Assembly (NCBI GenBank): GCA_042408215.1
Contig: JAYFMW010000006.1
Coordinates: forward strand, 64,001 to 128,000
Origin: Microcoleus sp.
GTDB lineage: Bacteria > Cyanobacteriota > Cyanobacteriia > Cyanobacteriales > Microcoleaceae
DNA: 64,000 bases
Direction of reading: 5' to 3'
The position numbers and the translations under genes were made by a program. The notes under the pieces are model-generated. The model was not told where the DNA came from, did not search any database, and saw only the letters and a program-made list of their open reading frames with translations. This document shows, piece after piece, positions 10,586 to 20,158 of the stretch (positions within the stretch are counted from its first letter, which is position 1; each line of letters begins with the position of its first letter).

Positions 10586-11311
10586 ATGGCTTCGGGTTTA
10601 AAACCATCTACACTAGAACTTCTCAAGCGCTTTAACCGAGCGTTTCCGCAGTTTTACGAGCAATTTGTCAGTAGCGAAATCCAACTGCAAAACCTCAAAT
10701 TAGCTTACCAGCTCTATAAAACTAGGCAAGCAGTCATCGAAATCAGACCCGAAGGCAACAAAAGTGCCCTGCACTTTACTTACCGCAACCAGTCTTTTCT
10801 GCTCAGCGATATCTTTGGGGTGCTGGCGGCTTACGGACTGACAATTCACAGTCTGAGCCTGTATGGGCAAATTTACCCACCGATGCTGGTATTTATCAAA
10901 TTGGTGGTATCTCGTGGTGGCAAGGTACTGGCAGATAAAACCGCAGAAAATGTCTGTAGGGCGATTCGAGAAGCCTTAGCTGGGCATTTTGAAGTAGAAG
11001 AGATGTTGGCGGTGGAATTTAATCTAGACGCGGGTTTAGAGGACGTGGCCACTGAATTCTATGTCGATCCGGTGTTCCACTTGCCGGCACTGCTGATTGA
11101 AGCAGACAACCAACCGGGACTTTTTTATAAGGTGATGTATGCCATTTGGCAAGAGGATTTGTTGGTGGTGAATGCTAATTTGCTGGTTTGGCGGGGGCGA
11201 ACTCGCCTGATTTTGTACTTGTTAGGGCCCAATGAAAGTTTAATTCCTGAGTATCTGGGGCAAAAAATTGCTGAGGGGGTGCGGCAAAGATTGCTGGGCG
11301 AGCGATTTTAG
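10586..11311 (+). CDS. Hypothetical protein with two ACT-like domains
   Basis: YRNQSFLLSDIFGVLAAYGLTIHS and ADNQPGLFYKVMYAIWQEDLLVVNA resemble the tandem ACT repeats of the GlnD C-terminus. Confidence 0.65.
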   Translation: MASGLKPSTLELLKRFNRAFPQFYEQFVSSEIQLQNLKLAYQLYKTRQAVIEIRPEGNKSALHFTYRNQSFLLSDIFGVLAAYGLTIHSLSLYGQIYPPMLVFIKLVVSRGGKVLADKTAENVCRAIREALAGHFEVEEMLAVEFNLDAGLEDVATEFYVDPVFHLPALLIEADNQPGLFYKVMYAIWQEDLLVVNANLLVWRGRTRLILYLLGPNESLIPEYLGQKIAEGVRQRLLGERF

Positions 11312-11536
11312 GGAGTTACACTTCGAATAACCCATAGTCAGAGTGAATCTGAAGAAATCACAATATTCTCACTATGGTTTACTTTTTCAACTCCTCTGTA
11401 GTCGCTTCCTTCAGTTTATGGGACTCGCCACGGCCAAATAGAGCGTAGTAGGGTAGGAATTTTTAGGCAGTGTACCCAAGCCTCGTACCATCTTTCGTGG
11501 TAGTCGCGCTGACACCGTTCTAGTTTGATTACAAAC

Positions 11537-11845
11537 TTGACACTCCTCGGCATACAGGCCCGAGGATTATTAAGACATTTCAGTCTTAATATCCCTATTT
11601 CTAGGGTTCCCAGGCTGACCACGAAAGCACAAAAATGTGTGTAGTCATATCTCCTCAAAAGTGTTTTGGGCGTATACTTTCCCCCAGTCCAGGGGTAGGT
11701 TTTTAAATCTTGTCTGATGCCTTTACTGTACCACACACTGGTGGGTGCGTGGATATGTCTACCCAACTCCATGCGGATTTCTGACGGAGCACGAGTCGTA
11801 GAAAAAGCCGTCCTATAAGGACGGGGTTTTCAACCCAATTTTCTG
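11537..11845 (-). mobile_element. Non-autonomous IS200/IS605-type element (left end, omegaRNA-like region, right end)
   Basis: On the minus strand, the left-end hairpin TTGGGTTGAAAACCCCGTCCTTATAGGACGGCTTTT resembles 56745-56780. The right end AATCCTCGGG...CCGAGGAGTGTCAA resembles 58205-58239. Confidence 0.7.
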
Positions 11846-11862
11846 ATAAAGCATTACTGCGT

Positions 11863-12355
11863 CTAGCTTTTAAGATTAAGCGTAACCTCAAAGAGGTGGC
11901 GCTTGATTGCTTTGAGCGCCACATTACGAGCAGCATTCTTGCCACTACGCAGCTCTGTACCCATCAACAGTTGCCACTAATGCAGCGCCATTTTGATAGC
12001 CATCAAACTCAAGTAGGTTGAGGGGAATTTGCATCCTCAGAGAGAGTCGATCGCCCCACGGGGTAAGGCGACTCGTATTCCTAGGGCTAACGCGAGTTGT
12101 GAGAATTGCATAATCTTGATAGGCAATTCGTTTTACTTGCTCATAGATTTTGCCTTTTAACCAGTAAGCACGTTTCTGATTTGAGCGTCTTGAATACTGC
12201 CCGTGTTTGGGTCGCAAATTCCCCAGATGCTCAAAACTAATCAGGTCAGACTGCCAAGGATTTGCCAACTCAACAAGCTGACGAGATACGGCTCTAGAAT
12301 ATTCAATCTCTCTAGCAGATATAGAAAAGCCGACAAGATGCCGCCACTTTTCCAT
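11863..12355 (-). pseudogene. tnpB: 3' fragment of a divergent TnpB-like protein, frameshifted
   Basis: ISFEHLGNL (RuvC-II), TRVSPRNTSR and, after a frameshift near 11945, SGKNAARNVALKAI (RuvC-III position). The 5' part is lost. Confidence 0.7.
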
Positions 12356-12507
12356 TCTGTTGCTGAACCCATAGGGATTGACTTAGGACTGTCAACTTTT
12401 GCTACTATTTCCGATGGTAATTTTTATGAATCTCCCCCTCGACTCAAACCAGCTAAAACCAAGCTGAGTAAAGAACAGTGGAGAAATCGGAAAAAGCAAT
12501 TAGGTAA

Positions 12508-12621
12508 TATATAGCCTTTCTCAGTAACAGTGCGGTGCACGCTTGATAAGCGGGCATAGGGCATAGGGCATAGGGCATAGGGCATAGGGCATACCTCACC
12601 AAGATTGAGAACTGCTATATA
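12508..12621. mobile_element. MITE (TATAGC...GCTATA ends, TA-type) carrying (GGGCATA)n STRR
   Basis: Imperfect TIR TATATAGCCTTTCTCA / TGAGAACTGCTATATA interrupting the tnpB frame. About six GGGCATA units inside. Confidence 0.75.
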
Positions 12622-12888
12622 ATTGGGTGTAATAGCAGCTAATAATGCTCATAAACACTATCGTATAATCGCTAAACTCGCGAAAAATGCTAATCAACGG
12701 CGAGATTTATTGCCCCAAAATACGACATAAATTATCCATAAATATGCCCACATTACCCTTGAATATTTGAAGGCGATCGGGATGGTTGCTAACCATAAGT
12801 TAGCAGCAGCTATTTCAGATTATGGTTGCTCTGAATTTCGTCGTCAATTGGAATATAAGTCGGAAATGTATGGCACGAAAGTTGAGCT

Positions 12889-12916
12889 GTAGGGACAAGG
12901 CGTGCCTTGTCCTTAC
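12889..12916. repeat. GTAG-type REP hairpin inserted in the tnpB pseudogene
   Basis: GTAGGGACAAGG-CGTG-CCTTGTCCTTAC between the KVEL and NRWFP codons. Confidence 0.75.
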
Positions 12917-13207
12917 TAAATAGATGGTTTCCTGCTTCTAAAACCTGTTTAAACTGCGGTCATACTCAACCGATGTCATTAAAAGAACGAGTTTTTGATT
13001 GTGGCTGTTGCGCTCTATTAATCAATCGCGATTTGAACGCCGCAATCAATTTATCTCGTTATTCGGAATTAGTAAGGCCAGTTCGGTCGCTCCGTTACGC
13101 CTGTGGACAAGCAGGAGCCAACTCCCTTGGTCGAAATAGTTCGAGAACATCAAATCTGCCATAGGTAGGTTTGAGTAGGTTTCATAGAACGGCGTTGTTG
13201 GACTCTT

Positions 13208-13324
13208 TTGTTCCAAGGTGGTGGCAAGAATGTACTTCAGATTCCAGATTGCGGCCATTTGGCGGTGGAACAGCCGGATGCAGTGGCTAGTTACCTGCAA
13301 AATATTCTGAACGAACATGGTTAG
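13208..13324 (+). pseudogene. C-terminal remnant of an alpha/beta hydrolase
   Basis: LFQGGGKNVLQIPDCGHLAVEQPDAVASYLQNIL* matches the catalytic-His loop pattern IPxCGH...EQP. No start codon. Confidence 0.55.
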
Positions 13325-13325
13325 A

Positions 13326-13452
13326 GGGCATGGGGGATGGGGCATGGGGGATGGGGGCATGGGCTGCAAACAGCAAACAGCAAACAGCAAACAACCAATA
13401 ACCAATAACCAATAACCAATAACCAATGACCAATAACCAATAACCAATAACA
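13326..13452. repeat. Composite heptamer STRR (GGGCATG, CAAACAG, CAATAAC)
   Basis: Three consecutive heptamer tandem tracts. Confidence 0.85.
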
Positions 13453-13581
13453 ATTGACTTCTTCCTTCTCCTAAAATCTGTTATGTTTAGTCTATAGCTC
13501 TGCCCGATCGCCCGCTAAGATCAGAGATTTTCATGGTTGGGGTGGCTTTCATGTCTGAATTCTAATTCTGCTTAAATATTT

Positions 13582-14673
13582 GTGCGCGTGAACCTTACCG
13601 ATCGGCAACAACACATCCTTTGGGCAACAGTTCGCCACTATATTGCTACAGCCGAACCCGTTGGCTCAAAAGCTTTGGTAGATGAGTACAAACTCAGCGT
13701 CAGCCCAGCTACAATTCGCAATGCGATGGGGGTTCTCGAAAAAGCTGGACTCCTATATCAACCTCACACTTCTGCTGGACGTGTCCCCTCTGACTCTGGC
13801 TACAGAATTTATGTCGATCGATTAATTCAGCCAACCGACAGGCTGGCTGGCAAGGTAGAACAGGTACTAGACCAGCTCAATTGGTCAGATGGTCGCAGAT
13901 CAGCGGTACTTCGAGGTGCGGCTCAAATTCTGGCAACGATCAGCGGTTACATTGCCCTGATCACGATACCGCAAACAAATATGGCTTGCTTGCGGCACTT
14001 GCAACTGGTGCAGCTAGAACCGGGAAAGGTGATGCTGATCGTGGTAACGGATGCCTACGAAACTCAGTCAGTTTTGGTGCAGTTACCTCAAGAGATAGAA
14101 GGTAAAAAGCAGGATGTAGAAATAGTCGATCGCGAATTACAGATTTTATCGAATTTTTTGAACTCTAAGTTGCGGGGGCGATCGTTCTCGGAACTCAGTA
14201 CGATCGCGCTTAGCGAATTAGACCGGGACTTTGAACTGTACGCTGAGTTGATGGGAACCATGCTTGCAGCCTTGAGCCGCCGGGCCCAGACTCCAACCTA
14301 CACGCGGATACTGATCGGCGGTTTGGCAGAAGCCCTGCGCTTGCCGGAGTTTTCGCAGTTGCAGCAAGTTCAAACCCTGGTACAACTCCTGGAACAAGAA
14401 CAGGAACTGCTTTGGCCTTTGATCTTTGAATCGGCTGACTTGGAAAAAGCTGGGAAGCGGGTGACAGTGCGAATTGGCTCGGAAAACTCCCTAGAACCAA
14501 TTCGCGGCTGTACTCTGATTTCCTCGACTTACAGGCGGGGTTCTTTGCCGGTGGGGAGCGTTGGGGTTTTGGGGCCGACGCGGATGGTTTACGAAAATGC
14601 GATCGCCGTGGTAGAAGCTGCGGCGGATTACCTGTCAGAAGCTATTGGCGGAAATCCAGCCAATTTTCCGTAA
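13582..14673 (+). CDS. hrcA: Heat-inducible transcription repressor HrcA
   Basis: [48 protein letters not shown]. Confidence 0.96.
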   Translation: MRVNLTDRQQHILWATVRHYIATAEPVGSKALVDEYKLSVSPATIRNAMGVLEKAGLLYQPHTSAGRVPSDSGYRIYVDRLIQPTDRLAGKVEQVLDQLNWSDGRRSAVLRGAAQILATISGYIALITIPQTNMACLRHLQLVQLEPGKVMLIVVTDAYETQSVLVQLPQEIEGKKQDVEIVDRELQILSNFLNSKLRGRSFSELSTIALSELDRDFELYAELMGTMLAALSRRAQTPTYTRILIGGLAEALRLPEFSQLQQVQTLVQLLEQEQELLWPLIFESADLEKAGKRVTVRIGSENSLEPIRGCTLISSTYRRGSLPVGSVGVLGPTRMVYENAIAVVEAAADYLSEAIGGNPANFP

Positions 14674-14725
14674 GGACGATCGGTAGTCAGTGCATCAGAA
14701 GTTCGTAGATGCACCCAGATTAGAT

Positions 14726-14756
14726 AGCCCCTTGCTGAATAAGCAGGGGTTTTTTT
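14726..14756 (+). terminator. Rho-independent terminator after hrcA
   Basis: GCCCCTTGCT-GAAT-AAGCAGGGGT stem followed by a T run. Confidence 0.7.
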
Positions 14757-15240
14757 GTGTCATAGCAGATGTTGAAGTCAGAATTCAGAATTCAGAAGGA
14801 AAATGCAATAAAATCAATGGTTTCAGCAATTAATAACGTCCTAACTGCCAGGCGCGGTGGCGATCGAAAAAAAAGTCAGATTTTCCCTCTCTCCCTCTCT
14901 TCCTCTCCCCATCCCCCCTCTGGGCAGGGCTGTTTCATTCTGTGTAGGGCCAGCCAAGAGTGCCGGCCCTGGGGTCTGAAACGCTCATTACATCGTTTGT
15001 GGGAGGGGTAGGCACGGGGCACTACCCCTACAAAATCGCGATTTGCCTGAGAATGAAACCGCCCAGCCCCCTCTGGGGGGAGCGAGCAAATGTAAACATA
15101 AAAGTCAAAATATTAAGACATTTTTGAGAGTTGGTCAAAAAGATCTAAAAAAGATTAGTGTTATGATTAAGGTCATTTGTGTTTTGGGAATCACTAAGGT
15201 TAACGGATTGCAAATAACTTTTAGCAAATTTGGCAAATTT

Positions 15241-15402
15241 GACCAAGACAGAGATGAAAATGCTGCTAAAAATATAGAGCAAGTCGGGATGGGGAATCGC
15301 CACGACTCTAAACGGACGCAGAGACAGAGTAAGACTACTCCGGTAGCATCAGTCGGTGAAGCGTCAAGAATCACCGCACCGACCGGGCGGTGAGTATTTC
15401 AA
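15241..15402 (+). mobile_element. Orphan tnpB 3' end with omegaRNA-like region and right end
   Basis: Translates DRDENAAKNI (RuvC-III), followed by AAGAATCACCGC...GCGGTGAGTATTTCAA right-end hairpin. Confidence 0.7.
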
Positions 15403-15451
15403 TACAGAGTTAAGAGCAAAACGAGATTTAGGCAATTTTTTTTAGGATTCA

Positions 15452-17059
15452 ATGAAATCGACCGATCGAACTAAAAATACCTTTGCGATTACCACGCCTC
15501 TGTACTATGTAAACGATTTACCTCACGTTGGCAGCGCTTACCCGACTATGGCTGCTGATGCTGTAGCCAGATTTGAGCGACTGCGGGGTAAATCAGTTTT
15601 GCTAATTACGGGGACGGACGAGCACGGGCAGAAAATTCAACGCACGGCTGAGAGTTTGGGGCGATCGCCCCAAGCTCACTGCGACCTAGTAGTTCCCGGA
15701 TTTGAAGCGCTTTGGGAGCAACTCGATATCCAGTACGATCGCTTCATCCGCACGACAGCAAGGCGCCACGAGTACATTGTCAAAGAATTTTTCCAGCGCG
15801 TCTGGAATGCCGGCGACATCTACTTGAATCAGCAAGAGGGCTGGTACTGCGTTTCCTGCGAAGAGTTCAAAGACGAACGGGAATTGCTACCGGGTAAGCG
15901 GTGTCCGATCCACGCCAGCAAAGAAGTTGAGTGGCGCGACGAGGAGAACTACTTTTTCCGCCTGTCGCGTTATCAAGACCAACTGCTCGCCCTTTATCAA
16001 GAACGTCCAGACTTCATCGCGCCGGAAAGCCGGCGCAACGAAGTGCTCAGTTTCGTCAATTCGGGACTGCAAGACTTTTCGATTTCTAGGGTGAATCTCG
16101 AATGGGGCCTGCCGGTGCCGTTCGATCCAAGTCACACTATTTATGTCTGGTTTGACGCTTTGCTAGGATACGTCACGGCTTTGCTCGATCCAGACAGTGA
16201 CCCGACTCTAGAGAATGCTGTATCTAAATGGTGGCCGATCGACCTGCACTTAATCGGCAAAGATATTCTCCGTTTCCACGCAGTTTACTGGCCGGCAATG
16301 CTGATGTCAGCAGGCTTGCCGGTGCCGGGCCGTGTCTTCGCACACGGTTTTTTGACCAAAGATGGCAAAAAAATGGGTAAAACGGAGGGCAATACTTTAA
16401 ACCCAGTAGAATTGGTGAATAAATACGGCGCTGATGCAGTGCGTTACTATTTCCTGAAAGAAATTGAGTTCGGACAGGATGGCGATTTTAACGAAACTCG
16501 GTTTATCAATACATTGAATGCTGAGTTAGCAAATGATTTGGGAAATTTGCTGAACCGCACCTTAAACATGGCTCGTAAATATTGCGGTGGTTGTGTTCCT
16601 AATGTGTCGGGCGAAAACATTTCCGGCGACAACCTTCTCAAGGTGATGAGCCTGAATTTGGGCGATCGAGTAGCTGGTTTTTACGAGGAATTGGCGTTTA
16701 GCAAGGCTTGCGAAGCCGTACTGGCTTTGGTTCGAGCTGGAAATAAGTTTATTGACGTGCAAGCACCTTGGAGTTTGTATAAGCAGGGGCAGCACGAAAC
16801 GGTCGGACAAGTGCTATATTCAGTTCTGGAATCTGTTAGAATAGCATCTTACCTTTTATCGCCGATTATACCCAATATCAGCAGTGCTATCTATCAACAG
16901 CTCGGTTTTTCAATAGACTTTAACGATCGGGTAACAGTTAACAGTTTAACCAATTTTGCAACTCACTCTGTTTGGGGCGCTTTGCCGGCTAACCAAACTC
17001 TGGGGGAAGCCCAGCCAGTTTTTAAGAGGCTGGAACTGCTGGAGACATTACCGTCGTAG
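15452..17059 (+). CDS. metG: Methionyl-tRNA synthetase
   Basis: ITTPLYYVN, HVGS (HIGH motif), TGTDEHGQKI, YVWFDAL, KMGKT (KMSKS motif). Confidence 0.97.
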   Translation: MKSTDRTKNTFAITTPLYYVNDLPHVGSAYPTMAADAVARFERLRGKSVLLITGTDEHGQKIQRTAESLGRSPQAHCDLVVPGFEALWEQLDIQYDRFIRTTARRHEYIVKEFFQRVWNAGDIYLNQQEGWYCVSCEEFKDERELLPGKRCPIHASKEVEWRDEENYFFRLSRYQDQLLALYQERPDFIAPESRRNEVLSFVNSGLQDFSISRVNLEWGLPVPFDPSHTIYVWFDALLGYVTALLDPDSDPTLENAVSKWWPIDLHLIGKDILRFHAVYWPAMLMSAGLPVPGRVFAHGFLTKDGKKMGKTEGNTLNPVELVNKYGADAVRYYFLKEIEFGQDGDFNETRFINTLNAELANDLGNLLNRTLNMARKYCGGCVPNVSGENISGDNLLKVMSLNLGDRVAGFYEELAFSKACEAVLALVRAGNKFIDVQAPWSLYKQGQHETVGQVLYSVLESVRIASYLLSPIIPNISSAIYQQLGFSIDFNDRVTVNSLTNFATHSVWGALPANQTLGEAQPVFKRLELLETLPS

Positions 17060-17117
17060 TTGGGGGGAGCGATCGGGGTACTCTTACCGATCGCCAATTA
17101 GCTCTTATAAAGAATAC

Positions 17118-17406
17118 CCTGAAAACCCTGTGACTTTAGTCCAGGGATGAAAGAGCGTTGCAGGATAAATCCAGCCAGCCCTCTTTATGCAAGACACAAA
17201 CCACATTCTGTTACCAGAAAAATGTGGGATGGATACACAGACGCAGGTCTGGGAAGCAAATGCCTACCACAAGTAGCCATAGACTCAGCAATGGGCGAGT
17301 GGGTAGTGGGTTATTGACAAACCCTTTAAGCATCAAGATTTGGGTGGATTCATCCCCCAAAGTTTTTCCTTAAGAATCCCCGTGTCTTTAGACCGGGGAG
17401 TGTCAA
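17118..17406 (+). mobile_element. Internally deleted IS200/IS605 derivative (left end plus omegaRNA and right end)
   Basis: Left end CCTGAAAACCC..GACTTTAGTCCAGGGATGAAAG and the last ~135 bp closely resemble the ends of the element at 21062-22501. Confidence 0.85.
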
Positions 17407-17448
17407 TTCATTACCGAATCTTTCATAAAAATTTGAGGCATAACAATC

Positions 17449-18054
17449 ATGTTGAATAGAATAGAAAATAGTGACCTTTTTACGCCGGAACAAGTTTTAG
17501 AAAATCGGGGAAGAGTGGCAATTTTTATTGATGGCTCTAACCTGTTTTACGCAGCTTTGCAGTTGGGAATAGAAATAGATTATACCAAGTTGCTGTGCCG
17601 TTTAACGGCGGGTTCGCGGCTGCTGCGCTCTTTTTTCTACACTGGTGTCGATCGCACTAACGAGAAACAGCAGGGGTTTTTGCTGTGGATGCGCCGCAAC
17701 GGCTATCGGGTGATTTCTAAGGATTTGGTGCAGTTACCAGACGGTTCTAAGAAGGCGAATTTAGATGTAGAAATTGCTGTGGATATGATGGCCTTGGTGG
17801 GGTCTTATGACACGGCGGTTTTGGTGAGTGGTGACGGCGATTTGGCTTATGCGGTGGATGCTGTTAGCTATCGTGGCGTGCGGGTGGAGGTGGTGAGTTT
17901 GCGATCGATGACTAGCGACAGTTTGATTAATGTAGCCGATCGCTATATTGATTTGGAAATGATTAAGGACGACATTCAAAAAACATCGCGTCCCATTTAT
18001 GCTTATCGCCCTTTGTCGGATCTTAGCTTGATGGATCAACACGACGACAGATAG
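17449..18054 (+). CDS. NYN domain protein (LabA/DUF88 family)
   Basis: AIFIDGSNL, KANLDVEIAVDM, LVSGDGDL, LINVADRYIDL. Confidence 0.92.
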   Translation: MLNRIENSDLFTPEQVLENRGRVAIFIDGSNLFYAALQLGIEIDYTKLLCRLTAGSRLLRSFFYTGVDRTNEKQQGFLLWMRRNGYRVISKDLVQLPDGSKKANLDVEIAVDMMALVGSYDTAVLVSGDGDLAYAVDAVSYRGVRVEVVSLRSMTSDSLINVADRYIDLEMIKDDIQKTSRPIYAYRPLSDLSLMDQHDDR

Positions 18055-18237
18055 GGAGTTGGTAATAGGTAAGGGGTAATGGGGAATAGGGAATGGGTAA
18101 TGGGTTGAATCCTTGAAAATTAGAAGTTAAAAATTTAGATAAAATATGACACATTTTTAATTTTTGATTTACTGTTTTTAATTACCCAATTACAAATTAC
18201 CAATTCCCGATTACCAATTACCAATTACCCATTACTA

Positions 18238-19434
18238 ATGATTCATTTCACATCCAAAATTCCCAATCTCAAAGCCCCAAAAGCGGTGCTGCAAATTTTA
18301 GCGGCGCTGATTTTGGGGATTGGCGGTTGTGCGGCGACGGAAGTCCCTCAAAAGAACAAGTTAGCTGAGGATCTGAAAACTGCTGAAAAGTCAAACAGCA
18401 CTTTAACTTTGAATAAAGTAACTCTAGAACAAGCCAATGAGAAGGGAGAGATGTTCTGGAAAGTAAACTCAAAAAATGCTGTTTACAGCAAAGACCAAAA
18501 GGTGGTTAACGTTCAGAAACCAGTGGGAAAATTGTTTCAGGACGGCAAAGAAATTTACGATATTCAGGCGGAAAGTGGCGATGTATTTCAGGAAGGAAAT
18601 CAGGTTTTTCTGAAGGGCAAAATAGTCGCTACTGACCTCAAAAATGGAGTGGTATTGCGGGGAAATGAGTTGGAGTGGCGGCCGAAGGAAGATATTTTAG
18701 TTGTTCGCAATAATTTGACTGGAGACAACAAACAGGTGAGTGCTTCAGCGAAGGAAGCGCGAGTTTTCACTAGGGCGAGGAGGATGGAGTTATTCGGTTC
18801 TGTGGTGGCGGATATTAAAGATCCGGTTTTGCAATTGCGAACGGAGCATTTAGTATGGTTTCTGGATCAGCAAAAGGTAAATAGCGATCGACCGACTCAA
18901 ATCGATCGATACAAAGATAAAATAGTTACAGACAGGGGTTTCGCCGACCAAATAGATGTAGACTTAAAAACCAAGATTGCGACGCTGACAAAAAATGCTC
19001 AATTGATGCCGACCGACCCGCCGCTGCAAATAGAAAGCAGTTTGATGAGTTGGAATTTTCCGGCACAAAGTGTGGTTTCCCCAGGGCCAGTGAAGATTTT
19101 TCACCGGGTGGAAAAGGTGACGATGACTGGGGATACGGGTAGGGGAGATTTAGATCGAAAAGTTTTTTATTTGACGGGAAATGTGGTAGGAATTGGGGAA
19201 AAACGTCAAGCTCAATTGAATACCGATCGAGTAACTTGGTATTTAACTAATCAGACTTTCGATGCGGAAGGAAATGTGGTTTACCGGCAATTAGATCCGG
19301 TGTTTAATTTAACTGGGCCGAAGGCTTCGGGACAGCTTAAAGATCAAACTGTGATTGTCAAAGGCGACGGTGGCGGTGGCCAAGTTGTGACGGAGTTTGT
19401 TCCTGATGAGCAGAAGGCAACTTTGGGACAGTAG
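18238..19434 (+). CDS. lptC: LPS export periplasmic protein, LptC-like (cyanobacterial long form), lipoprotein
   Basis: Lipobox-like IGGC, TLEQANEKG..FWKV and repeated beta-jellyroll segments. Follows the NYN gene as in other cyanobacteria. Confidence 0.8.
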   Translation: MIHFTSKIPNLKAPKAVLQILAALILGIGGCAATEVPQKNKLAEDLKTAEKSNSTLTLNKVTLEQANEKGEMFWKVNSKNAVYSKDQKVVNVQKPVGKLFQDGKEIYDIQAESGDVFQEGNQVFLKGKIVATDLKNGVVLRGNELEWRPKEDILVVRNNLTGDNKQVSASAKEARVFTRARRMELFGSVVADIKDPVLQLRTEHLVWFLDQQKVNSDRPTQIDRYKDKIVTDRGFADQIDVDLKTKIATLTKNAQLMPTDPPLQIESSLMSWNFPAQSVVSPGPVKIFHRVEKVTMTGDTGRGDLDRKVFYLTGNVVGIGEKRQAQLNTDRVTWYLTNQTFDAEGNVVYRQLDPVFNLTGPKASGQLKDQTVIVKGDGGGGQVVTEFVPDEQKATLGQ

Positions 19435-19443
19435 ATTAGGATT

Positions 19444-19531
19444 GGTGACAACTTAACGTCAAACCGACAGTCTTTCTTGTTTGTGTCGAAGTCTAGATCC
19501 CCCCTAACCCCCCTTAATAAGGGGGGGACTT
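19444..19531. mobile_element. Partial copy of the GTGTCAACTTAA MITE family
   Basis: GTGACAACTTAACGTCAAACC...GTCTAGATCCCCCCTAACCCCCCTTAATAAGGGGGG resembles segments of 3043-3305. Confidence 0.6.
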
Positions 19532-19576
19532 GAACGCAGATATAATGAAGATTAAATTGAGTAAGGAGCAGTTGGG

Positions 19577-20158
19577 ATGATCGCAACTTTAGAAAAGTTA
19601 GAAAGGCTCGATGAACCTATCTTAATTGACGGGATGAGCTGGAGAGAGTTTAAAGCTGTTGAACAGCTTCTCTCACGTCCTGGAATCAGACTGTCGTTTT
19701 TAGATGGGGTATTGGAGATTAGACGTAGGCCTGGAGAAAAACATGAAACTGTCAAGCAGCGGATTTCAACGCTGTTGGATTTGTATTTGGAATACGCAGG
19801 GATTGATTTTACGCCAACTGGCTCGGTGACGCTGGAAAGTGAAACTGGAATGGTGAAGCGAGAAGCGGATTTGTCTTACGAATTGGGAGCTAACCGAGAA
19901 CTTCCAGATTTGGTGGTGGAAGTGGTGGTGACTAGCGGTGGTATTAATAAGTTGGAAGCTTACAAACCCTTGCAAATTCCTGAAGTTTGGTTTTGGGAAA
20001 ATGGCGTGTTCCGTTTGTATTCGTTGGGGGCTGATGGATACACTGAGGTCGATCGCTCTTTTGTGTTGCCAGAGTTAGATATTGTGTTATTAGCGCGCTG
20101 TATTAATATTGAAAATCACCTTCAGGCAATGCGGGAATTCAGGCAAGCTATTCAATAG
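19577..20158 (+). CDS. Uma2 family (DUF820) putative endonuclease
   Basis: GMSWREF, READLSY, PDLVVEVVVTS, IPEVWFW. Confidence 0.9.
   Translation: MIATLEKLERLDEPILIDGMSWREFKAVEQLLSRPGIRLSFLDGVLEIRRRPGEKHETVKQRISTLLDLYLEYAGIDFTPTGSVTLESETGMVKREADLSYELGANRELPDLVVEVVVTSGGINKLEAYKPLQIPEVWFWENGVFRLYSLGADGYTEVDRSFVLPELDIVLLARCINIENHLQAMREFRQAIQ

Larger units (their letters stand above)
12350..13194 (+). pseudogene. tnpB: Decayed tnpB, probably IS607-type, with two nested insertions
   Basis: PIGIDLGL, EFRRQLEYK, RWFPASKTCLNCG...C..C...RDLNAAINL, with internal stops. Ends in GTAGGTTTCATAGAACGG. Confidence 0.85.

Noticed and set aside
11416..11772. 118-aa ORF, or a group I intron/IStron
   Set aside because: The ORF crosses an IS right-end junction and has no recognisable motifs. 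I could not find convincing group I P7/R-S core elements.
13046..13453. 135-aa hydrophobic ORF
   Set aside because: Translation of STRR heptamers (LVIGYW repeats) plus IS sequence.
15043..15393. 116-aa ORF as a real gene
   Set aside because: TTG-started read-through into a tnpB tail. Only the last ~50 codons have recognisable homology.
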